Shown piece after piece: positions 21,547-32,408 of a DNA stretch of 64,000 bases. How positions within the stretch are numbered: position 1 is the first letter of the stretch; every line of letters begins with the position of its first letter. A program made the position numbers and the translations under genes. Origin of the DNA: an uncultured bacterium (lineage in GTDB: Bacteria; Auribacterota; Erginobacteria; Erginobacterales; Erginobacteraceae); assembly GCA_963822585.1 (NCBI GenBank), contig CAWGIE010000019.1, positions 224,001-288,000 on the forward strand, given 5' to 3'. The notes beneath the pieces are model-generated. The model did not search any database. It was not told the DNA's origin and saw nothing but the letters and a program-made list of their open reading frames with translations.

Positions 21547-22581
21547 TTATTTTTTACTGATACGGAAGCGTTCCATGATATTATCCGCGTTCTTTACGCC
21601 GTCATAGACAACGATAATGTCGTATGCTGCCGGACCCTCCTCCATGACGGCCACTCCTTCCGCTTTCCCGTCTTCCGGCGGACGAATCTCTCCCAGCAGG
21701 CGCACTCTTCCCATCTCCGCGGCCGGGCGGTCACGGCCCGGGATCATATCCTTCCCATCCCAGTGATAAAGCCGGTATTGACCGGGGCCGTCCCCGGGCG
21801 GGCCGGCCAGGAGCAGAAATCCGTCGGAAACGCCGGCCATCCCCCGGATCCCCAACCCGTCCAATTGGACAAAAGAGAGGCTGCTGGTACGGGGGGGCGA
21901 GTTGAATTGCAGCTTCATGATGGGAACATAGTTTCCTCGAAACAGGGGACTCCGGAAACCGATGTATAGCCACCCGTTCTTTGCCGCCAGGCCTTCGATA
22001 TCAACCCCGTTCTCCTTGCCGGGGATGGCGCTGAACGGGGCAAGGACAGGGTCTTTACCGATGATGTCACGGAGGGAGATTCTTGTCTTATCGGTCTCTT
22101 TTCCCCGGGGATCGATGGTCAGCCGGTAGAGCAGGAAGCGGTTCCCGTTATCCTCGATGCGCTGGCCAAGGAGTTTATCCCGATTACGCGCGTATTTCTT
22201 GTCCGCCCTGATTCGCCCGCGCTTTAAAGAGTGCGACCCCACGACGTACACGAAATTGCCCTCTACGGCGATCCCTTCGATGTCCATCTCTTTGCCGTCT
22301 TTTTTATCGCCTTTGAAAAGCAGGAGATCGTTTGCCACCCGGTAGCCGCCGGAGGGATCCTCCTCCAGGAGTTGTACATAGTTACCGTCCCCGTCTTCGC
22401 CACCGGCTTCGTCCGATCCGATGGCCAGAAATGAACCGATCCGGGCGACCGCGCTGATATCTTCGAGGCCGATAATGATTCCTCTCAACCTGACCGGCGA
22501 TCCCGATAACGGGGTTTCACCTCGGGAAAGATCACAGAACAGTAATCCGGCGGCTATACATATTATCGGGCGAATTATCAT
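21547..22581 (-). CDS. Exported DUF3616 family protein
   Basis: GSDE, DIEG...GSHS.KR, IPGKENGVDIEGLA, GFRSP, GLGIRG and KAEG motifs. Confidence 0.85.
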   Translation of the reverse strand: MIIRPIICIAAGLLFCDLSRGETPLSGSPVRLRGIIIGLEDISAVARIGSFLAIGSDEAGGEDGDGNYVQLLEEDPSGGYRVANDLLLFKGDKKDGKEMDIEGIAVEGNFVYVVGSHSLKRGRIRADKKYARNRDKLLGQRIEDNGNRFLLYRLTIDPRGKETDKTRISLRDIIGKDPVLAPFSAIPGKENGVDIEGLAAKNGWLYIGFRSPLFRGNYVPIMKLQFNSPPRTSSLSFVQLDGLGIRGMAGVSDGFLLLAGPPGDGPGQYRLYHWDGKDMIPGRDRPAAEMGRVRLLGEIRPPEDGKAEGVAVMEEGPAAYDIIVVYDGVKNADNIMERFRISKK

Positions 22582-22586
22582 AATGG

Positions 22587-22844
22587 GAACTTAGCCCTCG
22601 CTCCGCTCGGGCAACTAAATAAAACTACGAATTACGCGAAACTTGTCCTGAGCGTAGCCGAAGGATTACACGAATTTATTTAAAATATCCCTGCACTGTC
22701 GATTCAATGCTTGCCCATTCTTATTTTTTCGGCCTCCCCCGAAGTATTAATCGGGGTAGAAAAAATAAGATTATTGTCCCGATACATTATTCAAATATAT
22801 AGATAATCGGGATCCCGATGGCTATCGGGGAAATTCCGAAGCAG
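22587..22844 (+). mobile_element. 258-bp IS91-like mini-element (second cargo type)
   Basis: GAAC plus hairpin at the left; GAAATTCCGAAGCAG|CAAG at the right; inverted copy at 61762-61995, partial copy at 46953-47143. Confidence 0.7.
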
Positions 22845-22980
22845 CAAGTTGCGGGGGAGTTTCATGTAGTATAGCAATTTCCATCCTCACCGTCTATCGG
22901 GGACAGTCTTTACTGATAATTCCGGAATTATTATTGCCGGATGAAAACCCTGCAATCCAAGGTAGAGGCAGAACGCAATA

Positions 22981-23010
22981 CAGCCCCTCCGGGCTAACCC
23001 GGGGGGGCTG
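22981..23010 (-). terminator. Hairpin downstream of the 1761-aa gene, probable terminator
   Basis: CAGCCCCTCCGGG-CTAA-CCCGGGGGGGCTG, 36 nt past the stop; weak U tract. Confidence 0.5.
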
Positions 23011-23046
23011 TTGGATTGCGCCAGGCCGCTTCGTCAATCCGGCGGT

Positions 23047-26000
23047 CTATCTTGTCACCGGCAAATCGCCGGAGGCGCCGTAATAAACCCGGGAAATTCC
23101 TCTCACTGCCCAGAGGCCGCCGGTGGCCCGGAAGATGGCGATATTGTCCGCCATGTCTCCCGTGAAGTCGGCCGGGACCGGCCGGTCGCTCCCGCCCCCG
23201 AAATAGGCCCGGGTTATCCCCCGGATCGCCCAGAGGCGCGATGACATGCGGAAGATCCCGGGCTGCCAGGTCCCGCTCCCGTCATAGTCCCCGGGAATGG
23301 GCTGGTCGCCATAGGCGCCGTAATAAACCCGCCCCAGTGAACGGAACGCCCACAGGGATGACGAGGGCCGGAAGATGGCGAAGTCCTTGCTCCCGTCCCC
23401 GTTGTAGTCCCCGGGAACCGCGCTGTCCCCGGCCGTACCGAAGTACGCTCGGGCGCCGCCCCGGACCGCCCAGAGGCCGTTCCGGAAGATCCCCGCGTCC
23501 GCCGTCCCGTCCCCGTTGTAATCCCCGGGTACCGGGACGTCCAAGGGCAGCCCGTAATAGAACCGGGCGCCGCCCCGGATCGCCCAGAGATGGGTCACCG
23601 GACGGAAGATACCGATATCGGCCGTCCCGTCACCGTCGTAGTCGGCGGAGACCGGCAGGTCGTTGCCGGCCCCGAAGTAGGCCCGGGTCACTCCCCGCAC
23701 CGCCCACATCCCCCTGCTGCCCCGGAAGATCGCGATGTCCGATGTCCCGTCGCCGTCATAGTCTCCGGAATCCACCGCCGGCAAATACGGCGTCGGGCTG
23801 GGATGCGGTCCGCTGAAGTACCCGCAGGTGACCGCCTCGTAGTCGGTCCCGTGCGTGAGTTTATTCGGATTGCTGAGCTGGGCGTTCGTCTTGTCCACTT
23901 GCCAGAGTGTATTATCCAGTTCCTCCGAAGGGGCCTTGTCGCCGGTCAACCCCCAGAGGACGCCGTCGCAGCCAAAGCCGAGTCCTTCAACATCATAGAT
24001 CAGTACGGCCCCCCAGTAGGTATGGCCGATGAACGCCACCAGCGAGCCGTCGGACGGGTTGAAGATGACCAGGTGGTCGTCTTTGCCGCTGTTGTTCTCG
24101 ATCGCATACATCGTCCCGTCGGTAGGATCGAAGGCGATGTCGTCGACGTCGAGCGCCATGCCGTGGATGTCATGAAACGCTTCCAGCACGGCGTAGTCGG
24201 CGCCATTGAACGCTCCGGGAATGTGCTGCCCGGTTATCCGGTTGACCTTGATCAGAAGGTCGTTATCGCCATACTTGCGGACCGTGACGTAGAGTTCATC
24301 GGTAAAGGGGTTGAAGGACATCCCGTCGCAGTCGCTGAATATCTGGTAGCCGTGGGCCCCGTATCCGGCTCCGATATGGTTGGAGGAGACGGGGATAAAC
24401 AGCCCCGTCGTCTGATCGAGCGTCCCCAGTCGGTCGTAGTCGACCGTGTAGACCTCCCCAGTCGGATTGTGATAAGCAATCGTTTCAATACCGGTGGTGC
24501 CGGTGCTCGTGCCGATGTTGGTCTCGTTGGTGTCGGGGTTGTAGTCATAGGGATTGAGAAGGATCAGGATGTTCTTCCCGCCGCTGGCGTAGCCATACTG
24601 CGGGACCACGTAGCACCGGCAGGCTGGTGTCGCGGTCGGCGCGACAGTGGGTGTCGCCGTCGGCGGCGGAGTAGGTGTCGCCGTCGGCGGTAGGGTGGGT
24701 GTCGCCGTCGGCGGAGCGGTGGGTGTCGCCGTCGGCGGAGCGGTGGGTGTGACCGAAGGCGTCGGCGGCATGCTCGGCGTCGGGGTGACTGACGGCGTCG
24801 GCGTCGGCGTGGGTACGTCCTCGACCCGGTCGCAGAGCCACCGGTCGGCGTAGGTCGCCCCGTCCAATCCGATGTAATAGTAGGTCTCAACCATCCCGCT
24901 CAAGGGCGGCGGATAAACGTTCACCATCTGCCCGCCGTCATAGGTCACCGTCACGTAATCACCCTGCACTATATTCAGGGGTTCGCTCAGGCTCGTGAAG
25001 AGGACGGCCACCGGCTGGACCGGGTAATCGGTCACGGCCGTAAACGTGTTGGCGTTATCGTCCACCGAACCAAAGATATCGGTATCCGGCGCTTCCGCCC
25101 GCGTGATGCTCCAGCTCCAACCGGTCCCGGTACTCGCCCGTGTATTGGCGATCTGCAGATCTTCCAGGTCGTTGATCACCAGGAGTTCCTCGCAATACAT
25201 TGGCGTCGGCGTGGTGCTCGGCGTGACCGATGGAGTCGGCGTCGCGCTCGGCGTCGGCGTCGCGCTCGGCGTCGGGGTCACACTCGGCGTCGGGGTCACA
25301 CTCGGCGTCGGGGTCACGCTTGATGTCGGCGTGGCCGATGGCGTCGGAGTCACACTGGGCGTCGGAGTGACGCTGGGTGTGGGTGTTACTGAAGGTGTCG
25401 GCGTCACGCTCGGAGTCGGAGTAACGCTCGGAGTCGGTGTCGCGCTCGGTGTCGGGGTAACCGATGGAGTGGGTGTGACACTCGGCGTCGGGGTTACTGA
25501 AGGTGTGGGCGTCACGCTCGGGGTCGGTGTAATTGAAGGCGTGGGGGTGACACTCGGGGTCGGAGTTATCGAAGGCGTCGGGGTCACCGACGGGGTCGGC
25601 GTCACCGAAGGCGTCGGCGTCACGCTCGGGGTCGGTGTAATTGAAGGCGTGGGGGTGACGCTCGGGGTCGGAGTTATCGAAGGCGTCGGGGTCACCGACG
25701 GGGTCGGTGTCGGTGGAATTGAAGGCGTGGGGGTGACACTCGGGGTCGGAGTTATCGAAGGCGTCGGTGTCACCGACGGGGTCGGCGTAACCGAGGGCGT
25801 TGGCGTCACACTCGGTGTCGGCGTAATCGAAGGCGTGGGGGTGACACTCGGGGTTGGAGTTACCGAGGGAGTCGGCGTCACTGACGGTGTCGGTGTGATC
25901 GAGGGCGTCGGTGTCACTGACGGTGTCGGCGTAATCGAGGGCGTGGGCGTAACGCTCGGAGTCGGTGTGACCGATGGCGTGGGCGTGACACTGGGTGTAG

Positions 26001-28332
26001 GCGTAACTGAAGGCGTCGGCGGCATACTGGGTGTAGGCGTCACTGACGGGGTCACTGTCGGGGTGACACTCGGTGTCGGCGTCACGCTCGGGGTCGCCGT
26101 CGGGGTCGCCGTCGCGCAGGGCTCTTGCCCTAAGTTGGCGCAGGAGCCGAGCAGGACCAGGGTCATCTCGTGACAGGTGATTCCCCGGTTCGGGTTGTTG
26201 GTCGCGTACCGGATATACCCGGTATGGGTGTCGGCCGAGAAATCAACGCCCAAACCAAAAATACCGCCGCCGGCGTGATCCCCGGTCTGCTCGTAGAAGC
26301 GGCTTACCGTCTCGGAAACCGGGACCCCGTCCAGCGTGAGATCGAAAAATCCGTAGCGGTCGCCCGGCGCGCCGATATAGGTGCCGTGAGTACCGAAGTT
26401 GGAGGCGACGAAGATGTCGCTCCCGGTCTGAAGATTCAGCTCCGCCATGCTGGTCGCAACGTCTACCAGGGTGGTCGAGGTCGTGTCGTTGAAGGTCGTG
26501 GAGGCCGTCAGCGCCGCCGGCAGCTCCAGGCCGCCGGCTTCGGCGGTGCTCAGAGCGATCCCCAGCAGTGTCGCGTTCAGGGTCCGGATGGGTTTTGCCC
26601 CGTCATTCGTCCGGTGCTGTACGGTGACCGTATAGGTCCCCGCGCAAAGATTTTCGGTGAGCCCCTGCAGCACTACCTCCCCCAGATCGCCCGCATCGCT
26701 CAGGAAGCGATGCTGCTGGTCGACACCGACCGTCGTCCCGTCAACCTGGAGCCGCCAGTACCCGACTCGATCGCCGGCCCCGCCGGCCGCGTTCCCATCC
26801 GCGGCGCAGGAGACCAGGATCTTTCCCGGGATGTCCAGGGTCACGGTGCAGCTCAATCCGTCCACGTCTTCAAAGGAAGTACTGCTGGTCGTGTCCCCCG
26901 TCGCGTCAAGAACGTCCGTCCCATACTTGAACGTCGCCGATCCGTCCTCGATCGTCAGGTCGTAGGCCACCATGTCGGCATCGCGGGTGGCGATCTGAGG
27001 CTCGACCGTCCCGTCGGTCTTCTGACGGAGGCGCACGGTGTGGTTGCCGGGACTGACATTCTCAAATATGTTAACGACACCTAACAGGCCGAGGTCGTCG
27101 TCACCGCTGAGATAGCGGCCCAGGGTCTGGCTTGACCAGGTGTTGTCCATCCGCAGGTCCCAGAAACCGGTCTGGGGTTCCGTGGAACTGCCGGAATCGC
27201 AATCAAGGGAGACGAAGACGGCGATCGCGGTCGTGTCCGGCGCCCAGAGGGTCAGCTCCAGGCCGGTGTTGACGAAGGTGGTGGCGGCGGTAGCGTCGAT
27301 GGAGAGTGTACTGTGTTCCGTTCTCAGGCAGATCGTGCTCAATTCCGGCGTGGAGGAGGGAGAGGGGCTGGGCGTGACCGAGGGGGTGGGGTTCTCCGGC
27401 GAGGGGGATGGGGTGGGCGTCGTCCCGATCTGCACGCAGCCCTGGATGCTTTCATAGTCCGACCCCAGGGTCATGTGGTCGATTTCCGTCACGTACCGGG
27501 TCGGATCTCCCCCCACGTCGGTCTGGAACATCCAGATCCGGTTCCGCTGGTCGATATCGGAGGAGTTCTGTCCGGTGGTCCCCCAGAGAACGTTATTGCA
27601 GTCGAAGGTCAGCCCTTCCATGTCGTTCACGTCCTCCGAGTCGTCGGAGCGGCGCAGCCGTCCCACGTCGGTAGTGCTCCCGTCTGTCTTATCGATGATG
27701 ACCAGGCGGTCCTCGGCCCCGCTGTTGTTGTTGATGGCGTACATCACCGCGTCCGTGGAGCGGATGGCGATATCGTCGATGTCGTGAAGCGTCGGCCCCT
27801 GGTCCTCGATCACCAGGTAATCGGTGCCCGCACCCCAGGCGGCGCTGACGTGGGCGCCGGTGGCGTAGTTGACCTGGATCAGAAGATCGTCCAGATTGTC
27901 CCGCCGGACGTTGGCGTACATGATCGGCGGATCGGTCGTTTGATCAAATGCGGCGCCGTCCACGTCATCGAAGATGATGGTGCCCAGCGCGCCATTGCCG
28001 GTCCCCCATGTCGATGAGAGAGCGGAACCCACGCCGGTGATCTTGTTGACGATGTAGAGGCGGGGAGCGGTGCATCCGTACATGGTCTGGGTGATGAAGC
28101 TGCCGGCGGGATACGTCGTCATCCCCTCCATCGTGGAGGTCCCGATCCCGGTCCCGATCGCGGTCTCGCTTCCGGGGACGTCGACGTCGATCAGTGTCAG
28201 CAGATCATTGCCGGGAGGGCCCCCGCCGGTGTCCGCCACCAGGTAGAAATATTGATTCTGGGCCAGACCGGCAGTCGGCGCCAGCAGCGCCCCCGCCAGA
28301 AGGATGATCAGCCATCCGGATGTGATTCTCAT
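23047..28332 (-). CDS. 1761-aa exported protein: two related beta-propeller-like domains, three ~140-aa repeats, long TPTPSV stalk, six-repeat C-terminal module
   Basis: Signal peptide; duplicated DDIA../MYAI.NNSG/D.EGL.F.C..VLWG.TG/DYE motifs; six GDY[DN]GDG-type repeats ending GDLPVTR. Confidence 0.85.
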   Translation of the reverse strand: MRITSGWLIILLAGALLAPTAGLAQNQYFYLVADTGGGPPGNDLLTLIDVDVPGSETAIGTGIGTSTMEGMTTYPAGSFITQTMYGCTAPRLYIVNKITGVGSALSSTWGTGNGALGTIIFDDVDGAAFDQTTDPPIMYANVRRDNLDDLLIQVNYATGAHVSAAWGAGTDYLVIEDQGPTLHDIDDIAIRSTDAVMYAINNNSGAEDRLVIIDKTDGSTTDVGRLRRSDDSEDVNDMEGLTFDCNNVLWGTTGQNSSDIDQRNRIWMFQTDVGGDPTRYVTEIDHMTLGSDYESIQGCVQIGTTPTPSPSPENPTPSVTPSPSPSSTPELSTICLRTEHSTLSIDATAATTFVNTGLELTLWAPDTTAIAVFVSLDCDSGSSTEPQTGFWDLRMDNTWSSQTLGRYLSGDDDLGLLGVVNIFENVSPGNHTVRLRQKTDGTVEPQIATRDADMVAYDLTIEDGSATFKYGTDVLDATGDTTSSTSFEDVDGLSCTVTLDIPGKILVSCAADGNAAGGAGDRVGYWRLQVDGTTVGVDQQHRFLSDAGDLGEVVLQGLTENLCAGTYTVTVQHRTNDGAKPIRTLNATLLGIALSTAEAGGLELPAALTASTTFNDTTSTTLVDVATSMAELNLQTGSDIFVASNFGTHGTYIGAPGDRYGFFDLTLDGVPVSETVSRFYEQTGDHAGGGIFGLGVDFSADTHTGYIRYATNNPNRGITCHEMTLVLLGSCANLGQEPCATATPTATPSVTPTPSVTPTVTPSVTPTPSMPPTPSVTPTPSVTPTPSVTPTPSVTPTPSITPTPSVTPTPSITPTPSVTPTPSVTPTPSVTPTPSITPTPSVTPTPSVTPTPSVTPTPSITPTPSVTPTPSIPPTPTPSVTPTPSITPTPSVTPTPSITPTPSVTPTPSVTPTPSVTPTPSITPTPSVTPTPSITPTPSVTPTPSVTPTPSVTPTPSVTPTPSATPTPSVTPTPSVTPTPSVTPTPSVTPTPSVTPTPSATPTSSVTPTPSVTPTPSVTPTPSATPTPSATPTPSVTPSTTPTPMYCEELLVINDLEDLQIANTRASTGTGWSWSITRAEAPDTDIFGSVDDNANTFTAVTDYPVQPVAVLFTSLSEPLNIVQGDYVTVTYDGGQMVNVYPPPLSGMVETYYYIGLDGATYADRWLCDRVEDVPTPTPTPSVTPTPSMPPTPSVTPTAPPTATPTAPPTATPTLPPTATPTPPPTATPTVAPTATPACRCYVVPQYGYASGGKNILILLNPYDYNPDTNETNIGTSTGTTGIETIAYHNPTGEVYTVDYDRLGTLDQTTGLFIPVSSNHIGAGYGAHGYQIFSDCDGMSFNPFTDELYVTVRKYGDNDLLIKVNRITGQHIPGAFNGADYAVLEAFHDIHGMALDVDDIAFDPTDGTMYAIENNSGKDDHLVIFNPSDGSLVAFIGHTYWGAVLIYDVEGLGFGCDGVLWGLTGDKAPSEELDNTLWQVDKTNAQLSNPNKLTHGTDYEAVTCGYFSGPHPSPTPYLPAVDSGDYDGDGTSDIAIFRGSRGMWAVRGVTRAYFGAGNDLPVSADYDGDGTADIGIFRPVTHLWAIRGGARFYYGLPLDVPVPGDYNGDGTADAGIFRNGLWAVRGGARAYFGTAGDSAVPGDYNGDGSKDFAIFRPSSSLWAFRSLGRVYYGAYGDQPIPGDYDGSGTWQPGIFRMSSRLWAIRGITRAYFGGGSDRPVPADFTGDMADNIAIFRATGGLWAVRGISRVYYGASGDLPVTR
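25201..26112 (-). repeat. About 50 copies of the hexapeptide TPTPS[VIA]
   Basis: 18-bp periodicity with synonymous variation. Confidence 0.9.
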
Positions 28333-28375
28333 GTTTTCCCCCCGTTATCCTTGATATTTATTCATGAAGAATGGT

Positions 28376-28786
28376 TTAACTTTTATCAGCTTTTATTGAA
28401 AGAACGCCTTCCCTTTCGTCCCCCAGCTTTTTCAAAAGGAGCGGGAGACGTTCGAGAAGGAGACTCTTCGGGATATACGTATAACCGAGCCGGTCCGTTT
28501 CCCGCCGGTATCGGTCATTATCATAAAGTGTGATCAGGATCACTTTTGTCCCGGGGAAACGTTCCTTCAACACCCCGGCCAGTTCCAGACCTCCCATTCC
28601 GGGCAGGCGGATATCGGCGATCATGAGCTGGGGAGGCTCTTCTTCCACCGCCGCCAGCGCCTTCTCCGCCGAGTCCGTCTCCGCGCTCACCCGGATGAAA
28701 TCGAATTGGGAGAGCAGTCCCCGAAGAAATTCCCGGAAGGCGGGATTGTCATCGATAATAATGGCGTTAAGTGCCTTTTCAGACAT
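28376..28786 (-). CDS. Single-domain response regulator (REC only)
   Basis: IIDD, ADIRLPGMGG, ITL and YIPK motifs; no output domain. Confidence 0.85.
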   Translation of the reverse strand: MSEKALNAIIIDDNPAFREFLRGLLSQFDFIRVSAETDSAEKALAAVEEEPPQLMIADIRLPGMGGLELAGVLKERFPGTKVILITLYDNDRYRRETDRLGYTYIPKSLLLERLPLLLKKLGDEREGVLSIKADKS

Positions 28787-28792
28787 GTAGTC

Positions 28793-28838
28793 ATTATGAC
28801 AGAGGGGGGAATTCTGTAAATCCCCCCCAAAGGGGGAT
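28793..28838 (-). promoter_or_regulatory. Putative activator-dependent leaderless promoter
   Basis: Minus strand: ATCCCCCTTTGGGGGGGA, TTTACA, 16 bp, (TG)T-CATAAT, 6 nt, ATG at 28786. Confidence 0.6.
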
Positions 28839-29134
28839 TTTTCTAAAAAAGAAAAGATGAACGTTCAACATTCAACGTTCAACGTCGACACCCGATAACC
28901 CATTTCCAAATGGATGAAGCGGATATCGAGTGCCTACTTGGATATTGGAGGTTGGCCATTGGAAATTGGAGATTCATTAAAAGTACGCGGCAGGGGAACA
29001 TAATCAGTGCAATCTGTGAAAACTTGTGGTGAGCGAAGTCGAATCCATCTGTGGACTGAATAGGGGGCGCGGCGGGGGAACTTTTGCGGTTTTTGCGCCT
29101 TTTTGCGGCTAACAATAAAGGGGGGCCGGGTGGA

Positions 29135-29788
29135 TTATTCCGGGACGGGACCGAGACGCTCACGGTGGGCAAAGGCGATCAATTCGGAATGCTTGTGGAG
29201 TTGGAGCTTGCGCATGATATTCTTCCGATGGGTCTTGACCGTCTCCGCGCTGATGAAAAGCTTTTCCGCGATATCGCTCCGGGCAGCTCCGGCGGCAATC
29301 AGGCTCAGGACCTGCCTCTCCCTCCCCGAGAGATCTTCCAGCCGGCTTTTTACGGCCTGCCGGCCGGACTCCATCAGTTCATCGGCCACGATCTCCCGGA
29401 GTTCCGGGCTGACGTAATGCTTCCCCTCCATTACCCGGTCGAGGGCGTCAACCAATTCGTCCACGGCCTCGCTTTTCAGAAGATACCCCGAAACGCCCAG
29501 ACGCAGGGCGGAGACAACATATTTTTTCTCCCGGTGGATGGAGAGGATGAGAATCCTGACCCGGGGGAGAAACTTCCTGATCTGTGATACAGCCTCCAGG
29601 CCGTGCAGACCCGGCATCCCGATGTCCATGATGATCAGATCGGGCCGGTGCCGCCGCGCCTGCTCGACGGTCTCCAGGCCGTCACCCACCTGGGCGACGA
29701 TGGTATGGCTGGTATACTTGGTAATGACCGTCGCCAAGCCAGCCCGGACCACTTCATGGTCGTCGGCCAATAAGATCTTTTTAGGCAT
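29135..29788 (-). CDS. NarL/LuxR-family response regulator
   Basis: LADDHEVVRAG, MDIGMP, GYLLK; HTH LSGRERQVL...IAEKLFISAETVKTHRKNIMRKL. Confidence 0.93.
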   Translation of the reverse strand: MPKKILLADDHEVVRAGLATVITKYTSHTIVAQVGDGLETVEQARRHRPDLIIMDIGMPGLHGLEAVSQIRKFLPRVRILILSIHREKKYVVSALRLGVSGYLLKSEAVDELVDALDRVMEGKHYVSPELREIVADELMESGRQAVKSRLEDLSGRERQVLSLIAAGAARSDIAEKLFISAETVKTHRKNIMRKLQLHKHSELIAFAHRERLGPVPE

Positions 29789-29800
29789 TATAATTCATTC

Positions 29801-31792
29801 CTAGAGAGGGACTTCGGCCTCCAGAACCGTCCCCCCTTCCGGTTTCGTTTCTATCTTTAAAACGCCCCCCACCGAATCAAGCCGCTCGTGCATTCCCAAA
29901 ATTCCCAGGTTGCCAATCTTCTTCTCTTGAGCAAAACCTTTCCCGTTATCAGAGATACTCAAGACTATCTTTCCGGTCGACTGCTTGATCCGAATCCTGA
30001 CAGCGGTCGCTCTTGAATGCCTGATAATGTTGGTCAAAGCCTCCTGGGCTACCCGGTAGAGAGTGAGCTCTTTCAGGGGGTCAATTCTCACCGGCAGCTT
30101 CCTCGGCGCAAACGTGATGTCAAGGCCGCTCAACTCAGTCAAGATGGCGACTTCGTTCTCGATGGCGGCGCTCAAGCCGAAGTCGTCCAGAATGTCCGGC
30201 CGGAGGCGGACGTAGATGCGGCGGGCGTCTTCCTGCGCCCTGTCCAGCAGACCGGTCGCCTTTTCCAGCCCCTCCAGCACCGACTCCTCCAAACCGGGAT
30301 GATCCCGGGTGAGCATTCTCAAGTGAAGCTTGACGGCGGCCAGGAGCTGCCCGATCTGGTCGTGCAACTCCCGGGAGATTCTCCTCCTCTCCTCTTCCTG
30401 AAAGTTGATCAACGACTCCGCCAGCTTTTTCAGCTGCTCGGCTTCCTTCGCTTTCTGGCGCTCGGTGATGTCGATCCCGTAAACGTTGATATAGTCTCCT
30501 TCCTGCACGGGGGCAAATGTCAGAAGAAGGAGGCGGTCGTCGCAGGTCATCTCGACTTCCCGGCGGGCGCCGGAGTTGAGGGCGTCAATCGTCAAACGGA
30601 ACCATCTTCCGGGCAGCTTCCGGCCGACCCGGCAGCCCCAGGCCTTCAATACGGGGGAACTGGCCTGATTGGCGTATCGGACGGTGCCGTCTTTATCAAT
30701 CCTGAGAACGGGGTAGGGATTCTCGCTCGGGAATTTCGATAACTCGGCCAGTCTCTCTTCCGCCCGCTGCCGTGCCTGGACCATCCGCATATTATGCAGG
30801 GCAAAGGCGATATCCCCGGCAACCTCGGCAAAAAGCGATTTTTCGTCATCATCAGTAGTGATGTGTCCAGGGATGGACGCGGTCAGGACTCCGTATCGTT
30901 CATTTCCGTATTCCAGCCGGGTACTTATCCCTTTCCTTCCTTTGTATCCGCACGATAAGGGGCATTCGGGGCATTCCGAAAAAGGATCCCGGATGATGGT
31001 GATCCCGGGCCGGTTCAAAGCCCGGCGAAAACAGGAAGGATAATCCCCGTCTTTCAGCTTGTTCGCCAGCAGTGAGAATTTCCTGCCCAGGCCGGATTCA
31101 GCCCACCGCAGAAGATTGCCGTCATCATCGAGCAGCGCGATCCAGGCGTTTTTATAGCTCCGGGTCCTGACCAGGGCATCGCAGACCCCTTTCAACAACC
31201 CGGCCTGGTCTTTTTCCCGGGCGATAACCTGGCCGACACCTTTGATAGCCCATAAAACGGCATTGAGGTGGTTGGTTCTTTCCTCCAGGCGATTACGTTC
31301 GGTGACGTCCCGCTGGATTGAGATGGAATGCAGAATCTTCTTATCCGCCCCTCTTACCGCGCTGCTGCTGAGGAGGACAGCCCGTTTCTCTCCTTTTTTT
31401 GAGATAATAACCAGTTTCTCGTCTCGCAACTTTCCGGTTTTTTTCCACTTCGCGAGGAGTCCCTTTATCTTTTTCAGCGACTCGGGAGCGTAAATCTTCC
31501 TGACCGCCTGCCCGACCAATTCTTCCTTTTTATACCCCAGCGCCCGGAGAGCGGCGCGGTTCGCATTCAGGATAATACCCTTCGGCGAAATCATGTAGCA
31601 GTAGGCCGGCGCCCCTTCGAAGAACAGCCGGAACCGTTCCTCGCTTTCCAGCAGCAGCCGGTTCGTGCGGTCGCATTCCTCCGCGATCTTCTCCAGTTCC
31701 GCGACCCGGCGACGGAGATAGGCTCGTTCGTCCGCAGGTATTTTTTTCCTAACAGTTATTTTCTTCATCGTTGTCTTGCTGCGCCATGCCAC
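29801..31792 (-). CDS. Cytoplasmic PAS-GAF-PAS sensor histidine kinase (HisKA_3)
   Basis: QEEERRRISRELHDQIGQ, LRPDILDDFGL, QEALTNIIRH, DNGKGF, GILGMHER; start may be 31768. Confidence 0.9.
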   Translation of the reverse strand: MAWRSKTTMKKITVRKKIPADERAYLRRRVAELEKIAEECDRTNRLLLESEERFRLFFEGAPAYCYMISPKGIILNANRAALRALGYKKEELVGQAVRKIYAPESLKKIKGLLAKWKKTGKLRDEKLVIISKKGEKRAVLLSSSAVRGADKKILHSISIQRDVTERNRLEERTNHLNAVLWAIKGVGQVIAREKDQAGLLKGVCDALVRTRSYKNAWIALLDDDGNLLRWAESGLGRKFSLLANKLKDGDYPSCFRRALNRPGITIIRDPFSECPECPLSCGYKGRKGISTRLEYGNERYGVLTASIPGHITTDDDEKSLFAEVAGDIAFALHNMRMVQARQRAEERLAELSKFPSENPYPVLRIDKDGTVRYANQASSPVLKAWGCRVGRKLPGRWFRLTIDALNSGARREVEMTCDDRLLLLTFAPVQEGDYINVYGIDITERQKAKEAEQLKKLAESLINFQEEERRRISRELHDQIGQLLAAVKLHLRMLTRDHPGLEESVLEGLEKATGLLDRAQEDARRIYVRLRPDILDDFGLSAAIENEVAILTELSGLDITFAPRKLPVRIDPLKELTLYRVAQEALTNIIRHSRATAVRIRIKQSTGKIVLSISDNGKGFAQEKKIGNLGILGMHERLDSVGGVLKIETKPEGGTVLEAEVPL

Positions 31793-31868
31793 AGAACACA
31801 GTGCCTGCGGCGCTAACTTTTTGTTTCAGCAATGTCCCGGGATTGAATAGATGAAGTGATTATCCCCG

Positions 31869-32078
31869 AAGGTGATATCCGGTTATCAGTTTATCAGTGG
31901 GAAGAATACCGGGGTATCAGGTTATCAGGCGAGGCCGGCATCGCCATCTGATCTTCTGATAATCTGATCCCCTTCCTACTGATCTCCTGATTATCTGATC
32001 CGCTTAAGCGGCTTGTATACTCCCCCCAATGGCTGAACAGACTTTAATTTAATCTTCATTTTTGAAATTCCGAAGCAG
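31869..32078 (+). mobile_element. IS91-like mini-element (third cargo type, 8-mer ATCAG/CTGAT hairpin)
   Basis: Inverted homolog at 43810-44021; ends TTTTGAAATTCCGAAGCAG|TAAA. Confidence 0.65.
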
Positions 32079-32167
32079 TAAATGAGTGCAGGAGAAAAAG
32101 ATACCATACCCCTCCCCCTGGATCAAAAAATATCTTTAAAGTTGACCATGCCTCCGGGATGTTTCAC

Positions 32168-32197
32168 TTGACAGGCAAGAAAGAGTGTGATTAGTAT
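32168..32197 (+). promoter_or_regulatory. Sigma70-like promoter for the hybrid kinase
   Basis: TTGACA, 18 bp, TAGTAT. Confidence 0.45.
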
Positions 32198-32222
32198 CTA
32201 ATATTAAAATTTGGCATTTCAA

Positions 32223-32397
32223 CAAGTTGGCTTCGCAACGGGGAGAGAGCGATCGTGGCCCGATTATCGGGGCTGGAAGCCCTGTCCCTTCTTCGGGGTG
32301 CGCCTCTGGCCCACAATACAGCTGTGTAAAGTGTCAGGATCTTTTTACACTTTCCACTTTAAATTTTACCCCACGTTGCGCCGCCGGCGCTAACTTT
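32223..32397. mobile_element. Mini-element remnant bounded by two ter-like hairpin ends
   Basis: CAAGTTGGCTTCGCAAC at the left; GTTGCGCCGCCGGCGCTAACTTT at the right; interior 7-mers related to the 113-bp family. Confidence 0.45.
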
Positions 32398-32408
32398 ACG
32401 GCACTCCC

